Shown here piece by piece: positions 1-8,380 of a stretch of 32,856 bases of DNA; positions within the stretch are counted from its first letter, which is position 1; the number at the start of each line of letters is the position of its first letter. Under the pieces are notes generated by a model. It saw only the letters and a list, made by a program, of their open reading frames with translations. It did not search any database and was not told where the DNA came from. A program made the position numbers and the translations under genes. This DNA is from Archangiaceae bacterium (GTDB lineage: Bacteria; Myxococcota; Myxococcia; Myxococcales; Myxococcaceae): NCBI GenBank assembly GCA_043750125.1, contig JAYVCD010000042.1, forward strand, positions 1-32,856, given 5' to 3'.

Positions 1-2459
1 CCGACCACCCGACCGTTTCGCTCGGTGGTCTTGATGTCGATGATTCCCTTTCCGCCGCGGCCCTGGACCCGGTACTCGGTCTCTTCGGTGCGCTTGCCGT
101 ACCCATTCTCGGTGACGGTAAGAATCGTTGCACCCTTGTCCACCACCTCGGCGCCGACCACTGCGTCGTCCGGGTCGAGGGTGATGCCTTTGACCCCGTA
201 GGCCGCGCGCCCCATCGAGCGGACCTCTTCTTCGGCAAACCGAATGCTCATTCCCTGCGCGGTCGAGAGCAGAACGTCCTTGGTCCCGTCGGTAATCTTC
301 ACCCCGACCAGCACATCGCCGTCTTCGATGCCCAGCGCGATCAACCCGCTCTGGCGCACGTTGCTGAACGCGCTCAGGTCGGTGCGCTTGACGATCCCCT
401 TGCGGGTGACGAAGAGGACGAACTTGTTTTCGGGGAAGTCCTTGGTGACGAGCACCTGGGCCAGGCTCTCGCCCTCGGCGAACTGGACGAGGTTGATGAT
501 CGGCTTGCCGCGCGCGGTCCGGCTGGCGGCAGGAATCTCGTGGACCTTGAGCCAGTACAGCTTGCCGCGGCTGGAAATCGGCATCAGGTAGGCGTGGGTC
601 GAAGCGACGAAGAGATCCGAGACGAAGTCGTCTTCCTTCGTGGTCGCTCCGGTCTTCCCCCGTCCGCCGCGGCGCTGGGCGCGGTACTCGGTGATCGCGC
701 TGCGCTTGACGTAGCCGGCGTGCGACAGCGTCACCACCATCGCCTCTTCGGCGATCAAGTCTTCGGTCGACAGCTCATCGACATCGCCGATGATTTCCGT
801 CCGCCGCTTGTCCGAGAAGCGCTCGCGAATGTCTTTGAGCTCGGTGCGGATGACGTTGAGCAGGCTCGAGTCGTTCTGCAAGATGTCTTCGAGCCGCGCG
901 ATGTCGATCAACAGCTCGACCATTTCCTTGAACAGCTCTTCGCGCTGCATTCCCGTCAACCGGGCCAGGCGCATCTCGAGGATGTTGTTGGCCTGCAGCT
1001 CGGAGAACCCGCCCGACGCATAGTCGTGCGAGACCCGGGTGTAGGTGGCGACTTCCTTCTGCGCGCGCGCGACCAGCTCGTCCATGTGGCGCTTCACGGC
1101 CGGGACGTCAATCTTCGGCAGCTGCGCGTAGCTTGGGTGTTCCCAAAGCGTGGGCGCGAGAATGTTCATCAGGCCCCACCGCGCTTCATCGGTGTCCTTC
1201 GAGGCTTTGATCACCGCGATGACCTGGTCGATGAACGACTGGGCGACCAGCAACCCTTCGACGATGTGGAGCCGGTCTTTGGCCTTCTTCAGCTCGAACC
1301 GGCTGCGGCGGGTGACGACCTCGCGACGGTGCAAGATGAACTTCTCGAGGATTTCCTTGAGCGTCATCGTCCGCGGCTGGCCCTGGTCGATCGCCAGCAA
1401 CTGAATGCCGTACGTCGTCTGCATCGGGGTGTTGGCGAACAGGTTGTTGAGCACCACCTGGGTCATCGCGTCGCGCTTCAGGTCGATGACGATGCGCATT
1501 CCGTCGCGATCGCTCTCGTCGCGCACGTCGCTGATGCCTTCGATTTTCTTGTCGGTGACCAGCTCGGCGATCCGTTCGATCAGCCGGGACTTGTTCACCT
1601 GGTACGGAATTTCGGTGATGACGATCTTCTCGCGGTCGTTCTTTTTCTCGGTCTCGATTTCGACCCGCGCGCGCAGCGAGATCAGCCCGCGCCCGGTGGT
1701 GTAGGCGTTGAGAATTCCCTGCCGGCCGCTGATGAACCCCGACGTAGGGAAGTCCGGCCCGGGCACGAACGTCATCAACTCGAGAATGGTCGCCTTGCTG
1801 TTGTCGAGCAGGTGCAGCGTCGCGTCGACCACCTCGCCCATGTTGTGGGGAGGAATCTTCGTCGCCATTCCGACCGCGATCCCGTCGCTGCCGTTGACCA
1901 GCAGGTTGGGGAAGCGCGCGGGCATCACCAGCGGCTCGAGCAGCGTCCCGTCGTAGTTCGGCCCGAAGTCGACGGTGTCCTTGTCGAGATCCGCGAGCAT
2001 CTCGTCGGTCAGACGCTCCATTCGCACTTCGGTGTAACGCATCGCTGCGGGCGAATCGCCGTCGACCGAGCCGAAGTTTCCCTGCCCGTCGACCAGCAGG
2101 TAGCGCAGCGACCAGGGCTGGGCCATGCGGACGATCGCGTCGTAGACCGAGGCGTCGCCGTGAGGGTGATACTTGCCGATGACGTCGCCGACGACGCGGG
2201 CCGATTTTTTGTAGGCGCGGTTGTAGGTGTTCGACAGGTCGTGCATCGCGAACAACACCCGGCGGTGCACCGGCTTGAGGCCGTCACGCACGTCCGGCAG
2301 CGCACGCCCGACGATGACGCTCATCGAGTAGTCCAGATAGCTCTGGCGCATCTCGTCTTCGAGCGTGACGGGAATCAAATTCCCCGCGGGCCGACCGGCA
2401 GAAGGGGGACCTGGCGGGGGCGGCGGAGCAGGCGGCTTTTCGATGGTTTCGTCGGACAT
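1..2459 (-). CDS. gyrA: DNA gyrase subunit A (3' end runs off the left edge)
   Basis: Not in the ORF track; translated by hand from ATG at 2459: [17 protein letters not shown]...[34 protein letters not shown]...[20 protein letters not shown]...[18 protein letters not shown] (catalytic Tyr). GyrA-box QRRGGRGK near 655-680 distinguishes it from ParC. Confidence 0.97.
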   Translation of the reverse strand, partial: MSDETIEKPPAPPPPPGPPSAGRPAGNLIPVTLEDEMRQSYLDYSMSVIVGRALPDVRDGLKPVHRRVLFAMHDLSNTYNRAYKKSARVVGDVIGKYHPHGDASVYDAIVRMAQPWSLRYLLVDGQGNFGSVDGDSPAAMRYTEVRMERLTDEMLADLDKDTVDFGPNYDGTLLEPLVMPARFPNLLVNGSDGIAVGMATKIPPHNMGEVVDATLHLLDNSKATILELMTFVPGPDFPTSGFISGRQGILNAYTTGRGLISLRARVEIETEKKNDREKIVITEIPYQVNKSRLIERIAELVTDKKIEGISDVRDESDRDGMRIVIDLKRDAMTQVVLNNLFANTPMQTTYGIQLLAIDQGQPRTMTLKEILEKFILHRREVVTRRSRFELKKAKDRLHIVEGLLVAQSFIDQVIAVIKASKDTDEARWGLMNILAPTLWEHPSYAQLPKIDVPAVKRHMDELVARAQKEVATYTRVSHDYASGGFSELQANNILEMRLARLTGMQREELFKEMVELLIDIARLEDILQNDSSLLNVIRTELKDIRERFSDKRRTEIIGDVDELSTEDLIAEEAMVVTLSHAGYVKRSAITEYRAQRRGGRGKTGATTKEDDFVSDLFVASTHAYLMPISSRGKLYWLKVHEIPAASRTARGKPIINLVQFAEGESLAQVLVTKDFPENKFVLFVTRKGIVKRTDLSAFSNVRQSGLIALGIEDGDVLVGVKITDGTKDVLLSTAQGMSIRFAEEEVRSMGRAAYGVKGITLDPDDAVVGAEVVDKGATILTVTENGYGKRTEETEYRVQGRGGKGIIDIKTTERNGRVV

Positions 2460-2500
2460 TTTCGACGCGGTTCGTAACCCAACCGAGCGCCATTGCCCAC

Positions 2501-2537
2501 CTGAGGTTTCGCTCGTGTGCGGGCTGCGAAACCTCAG
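2501..2537. repeat. Perfect 12-bp inverted repeat (hairpin) between the Cys-rich gene and gyrA
   Basis: CTGAGGTTTCGC (2501-2512), 13-nt loop, GCGAAACCTCAG (2526-2537); followed by CTTTT on the + strand only. Confidence 0.85.
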
Positions 2538-2630
2538 CTTTTGACTCTTGGCAAGGCGCCCGTCGGCGGTCAGCGCGCTGCGACGGGGAACCGCTTGCGG
2601 CGGGAGCTGTAGGGAACTCTCGAATGTCCG

Positions 2631-4883
2631 TCAGACTCCGGAATCCACGTCCGTCGGAAGTCCACCCCCTCCGGCGCCCGACGAGCCTCCGAAACCTCCA
2701 CCCCCACCCGGGCCGCCTCCCCCACCACCTCCCCCCGCCCCGCTCGAGAAGCAAAAGCCGGCTGCGCTGCAGACCTGCCCCGCCGGACACGCGGGCTGAG
2801 CTCCGCACCGACAGGCTCCGCCCGCGCACGCGTTGGCGGTCATCGGGTTGCACGCCGTGCAGCTGTTTCCATTGAGGCCGCAACTGGTCATCGAAGGAGG
2901 CGAGACGCAGTCGTGGCTGGACGTGCAACAGCCGCCGCTGCACGAAGTCCCATCGCAGACGCAGCTGTTGCCCAGACAGCGCTGGCCCACCGCGCACGGG
3001 ACGTCCGTGCCGCACTTGCACTTCCCGCTGCTGCAGTCGTTGGAGAAGACGGGGTCGCACGAGGTGCAGCTGTCGCCTCCCAGGCCGCAGGCAGAGACCC
3101 CGGGTGGAGTGGTGCAGACCCCGCCATCCGAACAGCAACCGCCCGGGCACGAGCTGCCGTTGCAGACACAGGCGCCCCCGACACAGTTCTGGCCGGGAGC
3201 ACAGGCCGCGGCTGTTCCACAGGTGCACTGGCCCGCGGTGCATTGGTCCGCGGTCGACCCATTGCATTTGGAGCAGGCGCCTCCCGGAGCGCTGCCGCAG
3301 GTCGGGTACGTGGGGGGCAAACAGACATCGCCGCTGCAGCAGCCCGAAAGACAGGACGTGCTGTCGCACTGGCACGAGCCCGCGACGCAGCGCTGCCCCG
3401 GTGCGCACAGGGCCCCGGTGGTGCCACACGCGCAGGCCCCATTCGAGCAGCGGTCAGCGGTGGGGGGGCAGGCCGCGCACGCCATCCCCGGAGCTCCACA
3501 GGAGGAAACAGACCTCGCGGTACAGAGGGCTCCCGAGCAGCACCCTCCCGGACACGACGTTGGGTTGCAGACGCAAGTGTTCCCCTGACACTGCTGACCG
3601 ACCCCGCAGGTGGGCTGATTGCCGCACTGACAGGCGCCGGTGACCGAGCAGACGTTGGCCCGGAAGGCATCGCAGTTGGTGCACGCCGAGCCCAGGGCGC
3701 CACAGGCGGTGGGCGAGGCGTTCAGACAGACCTGATTGTTATCGCAGCAGCCGCTGGGACAATTGGCGGCGTCGCAGGCCCCTCCGATGCAAGAGCCTCC
3801 GGTGCACGTCTGAGCCGGGGCACACGCCGGGCCCAGGCCGCAGCGACAGGCTCCAGACGCAGAGCAGCTGTCTGCCTTCGCGCTCGAACAATTGGCGCAC
3901 GCCCCCCCGATGGGACCGCAACTTGAAAGGGCCTGCGGGGTGCAGACATCGCCGGCGCAGCACCCGGTGAGACACGAGGTGGCATCGCAGACGCACACGC
4001 CCCCGACACACCGCTGCTCGGCCGTGCACGCCGCCTTGTTGCCACACCCGCACTGACCCTGAGCCGAGCAGCCGTCCGAGAGGGCCGACGGACAATTGGT
4101 GCACGTCGACCCATTGGCGCCGCAGGTGGACGCAGTCTGGGAAATGCAGAGGTTTCCGGAGCAGCAGCCCGCCGGGCAAGAGGCCGCAGTGCAAGTGCAA
4201 CCGGTGCCGCCACATTGCTGACCTGCGGGGCACGCGGCCGACTTGCCGCATCGACAGGTTCCGGTGTCCGAGCAGTTGTCGGCTTGCAGGGCGCCACACA
4301 TCGCGCAGTTGGCTCCGGTTGCTCCGCACGAGGCGGGGGCGAACTCAGTGCAGGTCGTCCCGACGCAGCACCCGGTCAGACAGGACGTCTGGTCACAAAC
4401 GCACCCCCCATTGACGCACCGCTGGCCGGAAATGCACGCCGCGGTTCCCCCACAGCGGCACTCGCCGACGCTCGAGCAGCGATCGGCCTTCGCGGTGTCG
4501 CACGCCACGCAGGCCATTCCCGCGGGGGCACACGAGCCCAACGTCCGAGAGGTGCAGGCCGCGCCCGAACAACAGCCACTGGGACACGAGAGCGCATCGC
4601 ATTCGCAGTTGCCGGCGACGCAGCTTTGGCCCAGCGCACAGGCGGGAACACACCCGCTCGCGCCGCCGGTTCCTCCTCCGGATCCGCCTCCTCCCCCGCC
4701 TGCGCCGCCGTCGACCGTCCTGCATTCCGCCCGGCAAAACCCTTCACAGCACAGCGGCTTTCCCGACAGGCAATCGCCCGCGTCGGTGCATGAAGTGAGT
4801 CCGAGGGTCGAAGGATCCGAGCAGTTGCACCCTGCCGCGAAGACCACGCCCAGCGCCAACGCCAGCCGGAAAAACCCGCGCAT
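2631..4883 (-). CDS. Cys-rich tandem-repeat lipoprotein (~750 aa)
   Basis: True start is likely ATG 4883 (MRGFFRLALALGVVFAAGC, lipoprotein signal with lipobox), 2 nt after the upstream stop. Nine ~68-aa repeats with 14 Cys each, flanked by Gly-rich linkers. Confidence 0.9.
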   Translation of the reverse strand: MRGFFRLALALGVVFAAGCNCSDPSTLGLTSCTDAGDCLSGKPLCCEGFCRAECRTVDGGAGGGGGGSGGGTGGASGCVPACALGQSCVAGNCECDALSCPSGCCSGAACTSRTLGSCAPAGMACVACDTAKADRCSSVGECRCGGTAACISGQRCVNGGCVCDQTSCLTGCCVGTTCTEFAPASCGATGANCAMCGALQADNCSDTGTCRCGKSAACPAGQQCGGTGCTCTAASCPAGCCSGNLCISQTASTCGANGSTCTNCPSALSDGCSAQGQCGCGNKAACTAEQRCVGGVCVCDATSCLTGCCAGDVCTPQALSSCGPIGGACANCSSAKADSCSASGACRCGLGPACAPAQTCTGGSCIGGACDAANCPSGCCDNNQVCLNASPTACGALGSACTNCDAFRANVCSVTGACQCGNQPTCGVGQQCQGNTCVCNPTSCPGGCCSGALCTARSVSSCGAPGMACAACPPTADRCSNGACACGTTGALCAPGQRCVAGSCQCDSTSCLSGCCSGDVCLPPTYPTCGSAPGGACSKCNGSTADQCTAGQCTCGTAAACAPGQNCVGGACVCNGSSCPGGCCSDGGVCTTPPGVSACGLGGDSCTSCDPVFSNDCSSGKCKCGTDVPCAVGQRCLGNSCVCDGTSCSGGCCTSSHDCVSPPSMTSCGLNGNSCTACNPMTANACAGGACRCGAQPACPAGQVCSAAGFCFSSGAGGGGGGGGPGGGGGFGGSSGAGGGGLPTDVDSGV

Positions 4884-4885
4884 CG

Positions 4886-5752
4886 TTACTCCGTGACGAA
4901 GAAATAGGTGGCCGCGACGAACAGCGCGGCGGCGACGATTCCGCTGACCAGGCTCAGCGTCAGCTGCGAGTTGCTGCGGCTCGCCAGCCGGTCGGCTTCC
5001 GCTGCGGTGTAGAGGGTGGCATTCATTCCGTCGACCATCGTCGACTTCCCATTGAACTGCGCGCGCGCGTTGAGCCCCACCGCGAGGAACGCAACCGAAA
5101 CGCCACCGGCGGCCACGGCGCCACCGCCCAGGGTCCACTTCACCGCGGCCGGTGTCGTCGAGCGTTTGACCTCGGCCGGCGGCCGCTGCTGCACAGCAGG
5201 AACCAAACGCGCAGCGAGGGGAACGTCCTTCGCGGGCTCGGGCACGGGGCGCGGCGCAATCGCCACAGGCGCGGGGGGCGGCGCAAGGCGGGCCAACTCT
5301 TCGACCACCCGCCGAGCGAAGAGCGCGATCGGCACCGCGACCTTGTCGCCCCACCCTTCGGCCGCAGAGGACACGTCGGTGACCAGCAATGACTTTCCGG
5401 TCTGCGCCGACACCGCCTCGAGCCGGACCGCGAGCTGACTGCCGATTTTCCCCACGTCGACCCCCACCACCACCGCGTGCGGGGACAGCAGCGTGGCGAG
5501 CCGGGTGAGGCAGCTGGCTCCGCCCTGGCAATTGCGCGCATCGGAAAAGCCCGCTGCTTTGACCCGTTTCCCGGTGGCCGCATCGTCGAGAGTGTCGGCC
5601 GCGGGGACGCCTTCGCGAATCAAGGCGGCGTGAACCCGCGAGGAGATGCCGCTCGCGTACAGGTCGGCGCCCGGACGCTTGCTCGAGACGACGACGGCGA
5701 TGGGGGACGACGGCGACTGGGACAGCAGGCACAGCAGCACGAAGCCGGTCAT
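4886..5752 (-). CDS. Exported/membrane protein of the type found next to myxobacterial kinases (N-terminal alpha/beta domain, Pro-rich linker, two C-terminal hydrophobic segments)
   Basis: Signal-like N-terminus, CQGGASC motif, Pro-rich linker, hydrophobic segments WTLGGGAVAAGGVSVAFLAVG and LSLVSGIVAAALFVAATYFF. Confidence 0.8.
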   Translation of the reverse strand: MTGFVLLCLLSQSPSSPIAVVVSSKRPGADLYASGISSRVHAALIREGVPAADTLDDAATGKRVKAAGFSDARNCQGGASCLTRLATLLSPHAVVVGVDVGKIGSQLAVRLEAVSAQTGKSLLVTDVSSAAEGWGDKVAVPIALFARRVVEELARLAPPPAPVAIAPRPVPEPAKDVPLAARLVPAVQQRPPAEVKRSTTPAAVKWTLGGGAVAAGGVSVAFLAVGLNARAQFNGKSTMVDGMNATLYTAAEADRLASRSNSQLTLSLVSGIVAAALFVAATYFFVTE

Positions 5753-5794
5753 CGGGCGCGCATCGTAGTCCGAGACTCGCCTTCGTTCGCGACT

Positions 5795-7324
5795 TCAGCT
5801 TCCGTCGAGCTGAGCCTTGATGTCGTCGAGGTTGCGCGACACCGCGCGTCGCTTCGCCTCGGTGTCGGCGGCCCGGGCGTCCAGGCGCGCCTGCCGCAGG
5901 AACTGGCGCAGCACTCCGTCGACGTCGCCGGTGAGTGCCTCCTTCTTTTTCAGCCGATGCTCCAGAGCGCCGAGGCGCTTTTCGAGGCTGTCGGAATTGG
6001 AGACGGGACGTTTGGCGTCGGGCTCTTTGGCCACCGGCGGCAGCTCGACCCGCACGGGTTCGACCGGCGCCTGCGGCCCACCCTGCCTCGTCGGCGCGGC
6101 GATCACCGCGGGCACATCGAGAACCGGAGGAGGAGCCACCAGCACCGGCGCGGCGGAAGGCGGAACAAACGCCTTGAACCCCGCGAACCCGAGCGCGAGC
6201 ACCGTCACCGCGCCCATCACCCAGGGCAGTCGGGCGGAAGCTTTGGGCAGGTCCCCCGAGCGCACCATCGTCGGTGAAAACGCTTCCTCGCCCACGGCCA
6301 CCGGGGCAGAGGGGAAGGTCGGAGAGGGAGTGGCGCGGTTTCGCAGCAGCGCGGCGTCCATCGCCTGCGAAGGAGAAGGCTGCGGAGTGCGGGCGGCCAT
6401 CGGCTGGAAGGCTTCGCCGGTGACCGGGCGGTTGGCCAGCTGGGTGAACGAGATGTCGCTGCTGATTTGTCGGCGCACCGCCTCGCACATCAGGCGCACT
6501 TCTTCGGCGGTCTGAGGTCGTTGGGCCGGGTCTTTCTTCAGCAGCTTCTGCAGCAGCTCGTCGAGCGCCTCAGGCACCAGCGGGTTGAGGCTCTTCGCCA
6601 GCGGCGGAGCGTCCTCGGCGTGCATGAACATCACCTGGTTTTGATTTTCAGCAGGAAAGAGGACCCGACCGGTGACCAGCTCGAACAGCATGCAGCCCAT
6701 CGCGTAGAGGTCGGTGGTCGGCCCGATGGTGCGGCCGCGGGCCTGCTCGGGCGACATGTAGACCGGGGTGCCGATGACCGCCGACGCCTGGGTCTGCATC
6801 CCCGCCTTGCCGCTGGCCAGCTTGGCAATCCCGAAGTCGAGCAGCTTGATGTAGCGGCGGCCGGCGCGCGGCTGCACCATGAAGACGTTCGAAGGCTTCA
6901 CGTCGCGGTGAATGATTCCGAAGTCGTGGGCGGCCCCGAGCGCCTCGAGCACTTCCTCGCACCAGTACAACGCCTCGTGCACCGGAAGCGGGCCGCGGGT
7001 GCGGATGATCGCGTCGAAGGGCTCGCCTTCGAGGTACTCCATCAGGAAATAATGCGAGCCGTCGGGCAGCTGCCCGAACGCGAAAATGTCGACGATGTTC
7101 CGGTGCCGAATCTCGTTCACCGAGCGCGCCTCGGCGACGAACCGCTTCACCAATTCGACGTCGGCCGACAACTGCGGCAACAAGACCTTCACCGCCACCC
7201 GTTTGCCGATGACGGGGTGAATGCCTTCGTACACCGCGCCCATCCCACCGACGCCCATCAGGGTGCCCACCCGGTATTCCCCCAACATCACCCCGTTGAG
7301 ATCCTGAACTGGCTGGGCAGGCAC
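5795..7324 (-). CDS. Transmembrane Hanks-type Ser/Thr protein kinase
   Basis: GVGGMGAVY, VAVKVL, HRDVKPSN, DFG, GTPVYMSPE; TM segment LPWVMGAVTVLALGFAGF; helical C-terminal domain. Confidence 0.95.
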   Translation of the reverse strand: MPAQPVQDLNGVMLGEYRVGTLMGVGGMGAVYEGIHPVIGKRVAVKVLLPQLSADVELVKRFVAEARSVNEIRHRNIVDIFAFGQLPDGSHYFLMEYLEGEPFDAIIRTRGPLPVHEALYWCEEVLEALGAAHDFGIIHRDVKPSNVFMVQPRAGRRYIKLLDFGIAKLASGKAGMQTQASAVIGTPVYMSPEQARGRTIGPTTDLYAMGCMLFELVTGRVLFPAENQNQVMFMHAEDAPPLAKSLNPLVPEALDELLQKLLKKDPAQRPQTAEEVRLMCEAVRRQISSDISFTQLANRPVTGEAFQPMAARTPQPSPSQAMDAALLRNRATPSPTFPSAPVAVGEEAFSPTMVRSGDLPKASARLPWVMGAVTVLALGFAGFKAFVPPSAAPVLVAPPPVLDVPAVIAAPTRQGGPQAPVEPVRVELPPVAKEPDAKRPVSNSDSLEKRLGALEHRLKKKEALTGDVDGVLRQFLRQARLDARAADTEAKRRAVSRNLDDIKAQLDGS

Positions 7325-7354
7325 GTGGCCGGGGAGACTACCGCCTGGCGACGG

Positions 7355-7918
7355 TTAGTTGAAGGCGGCTTCGAGCTTCTTGAGCGCGTCGGCTTCTGGC
7401 TTCGAAATCTTATTGCCCATGCCGAGAATTCCGCCCGAGGCCTCGGCCACCGAGCGCGCCTTCCCCAACAGCTCGCTCTTCAGCAGGGTCTTCTCTTCAG
7501 GCTTCATCCCTTCGACCAGCGCAGTGACGTAGTTGGACCAGGCGAGCTCGAACGCGGCGGGCGGCTTGAGCTTGAGCCAACTTTCCAACAGGGTGTGGGC
7601 GCTGCTGCCCTGGTTGATTCCCGAGGCCTGAGCGGCCGCGAGCACTGCCGCCTGTTCCTTCGCATCGACCGCGCCGTCCGCCCAGGCAACCTGGACCAGC
7701 GGGAAGAGCGAAAGCGCGTGGATGGTCTCGCGGTTCAGCTTGAGCGAAATCAGCTTCTCGAGGACCGCCTCGTTCTGGATCCCGGTCAGCTCCTGAATCC
7801 CTGCTTTATCGAGCGCTTGTTGGGCCTGCGCCTTGAGCTGGTCGACCAGCTTCTGGTTCTGCTTGGCGAAGAACGTCTCTTCCAGCTCTTTGCGGCGGTC
7901 GGCGAGGGCGTCGGACAT
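7355..7918 (-). CDS. TerB-like (tellurite-resistance fold) protein
   Basis: LEETFFAK N-terminus, VAWADGAVDAKE motif and C-terminal VAEASGGILGMGNKISKPE typical of TerB-like proteins. Confidence 0.7.
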   Translation of the reverse strand: MSDALADRRKELEETFFAKQNQKLVDQLKAQAQQALDKAGIQELTGIQNEAVLEKLISLKLNRETIHALSLFPLVQVAWADGAVDAKEQAAVLAAAQASGINQGSSAHTLLESWLKLKPPAAFELAWSNYVTALVEGMKPEEKTLLKSELLGKARSVAEASGGILGMGNKISKPEADALKKLEAAFN

Positions 7919-7927
7919 GCTTTTTAT

Positions 7928-8380
7928 CTATCGCTTCTTTCCTGCTTTCGCACGGCGCTTCTTGACCGACTGCTTCACCGCCAGGTCATTGAGGTCGACG
8001 CGCGAACGGGCCAGCGCATACGCCAGATCATCTCGCAGCAGGCCCTTGCCCACCGCGCCTTCGGGCGACATCGCAAGGCCCACCACCCACTTGGGCCGCT
8101 CTTCCTTCTCGCGCAGCTGGCGGGCGAGCTCGCGCTGCGAATCCCACGGCAGCTTTCCCGCGTCGGGGACGTAGATGACGCCCTTGTTCTTGCTGAACGC
8201 CGCGGTGACGACCTTCTCTTCGGGCTCGGTCAGCTCGGTCAGCGGCCCTTCTTCGGCGAAGGCCGCAGCGGCCTCTTGCGCCCACTGCTGCCGGTCGGCC
8301 TGCGAGGCGCCGTACAGCAGCACCGCCGCGCGGTTGGTGACCAGTTGTGCTTCTGAGTACCCGGAAGACATTTCTTTCAT
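7928..8380 (-). CDS. Degenerate sigma54-activator-like AAA+ domain protein (no Walker A, GAFTGA or HTH)
   Basis: ATG 8380 overlaps the cyclase stop (ATGA). [38 protein letters not shown] and [11 protein letters not shown] align by eye to bEBP VLIxGExGTGKE, GTLFLDEIGELPxxxQxKLLRVL and GRFREDLYYRL. Confidence 0.65.
   Translation of the reverse strand: MKEMSSGYSEAQLVTNRAAVLLYGASQADRQQWAQEAAAAFAEEGPLTELTEPEEKVVTAAFSKNKGVIYVPDAGKLPWDSQRELARQLREKEERPKWVVGLAMSPEGAVGKGLLRDDLAYALARSRVDLNDLAVKQSVKKRRAKAGKKR

Noticed and set aside
1000-1190. Insertion in the GyrA C-gate region as a possible intein; gyrA lacking an adjacent gyrB
   Set aside because: Short insert without intein terminal motifs, at a position where GyrA insertions are common; gyrA and gyrB are often unlinked.
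540-2477. 645-aa plus-strand ORF and other long antisense ORFs (6467-8356, 8428-10707, 21501-23561, 23600-26575)
   Set aside because: Shadow frames opposite clear genes in high-GC DNA, with no recognisable motifs.
2631-4883. TraA-like kin-recognition receptor or sortase substrate (LPTD tail)
   Set aside because: No PA14-like domain, MYXO-CTERM tail or adjacent OmpA-type traB; the tail lacks LPxTG, a TM helix and a basic end.
4884-6488. N-terminal 535 aa of the 1285-aa ORF
   Set aside because: Arg/Gly-rich off-frame read-through overlapping two real genes; the true start is ATG 4883 with a lipoprotein signal.
7355-7918. Tellurite-resistance or anti-phage ter operon
   Set aside because: A single TerB-like gene with no terC, terD or terZ partners.
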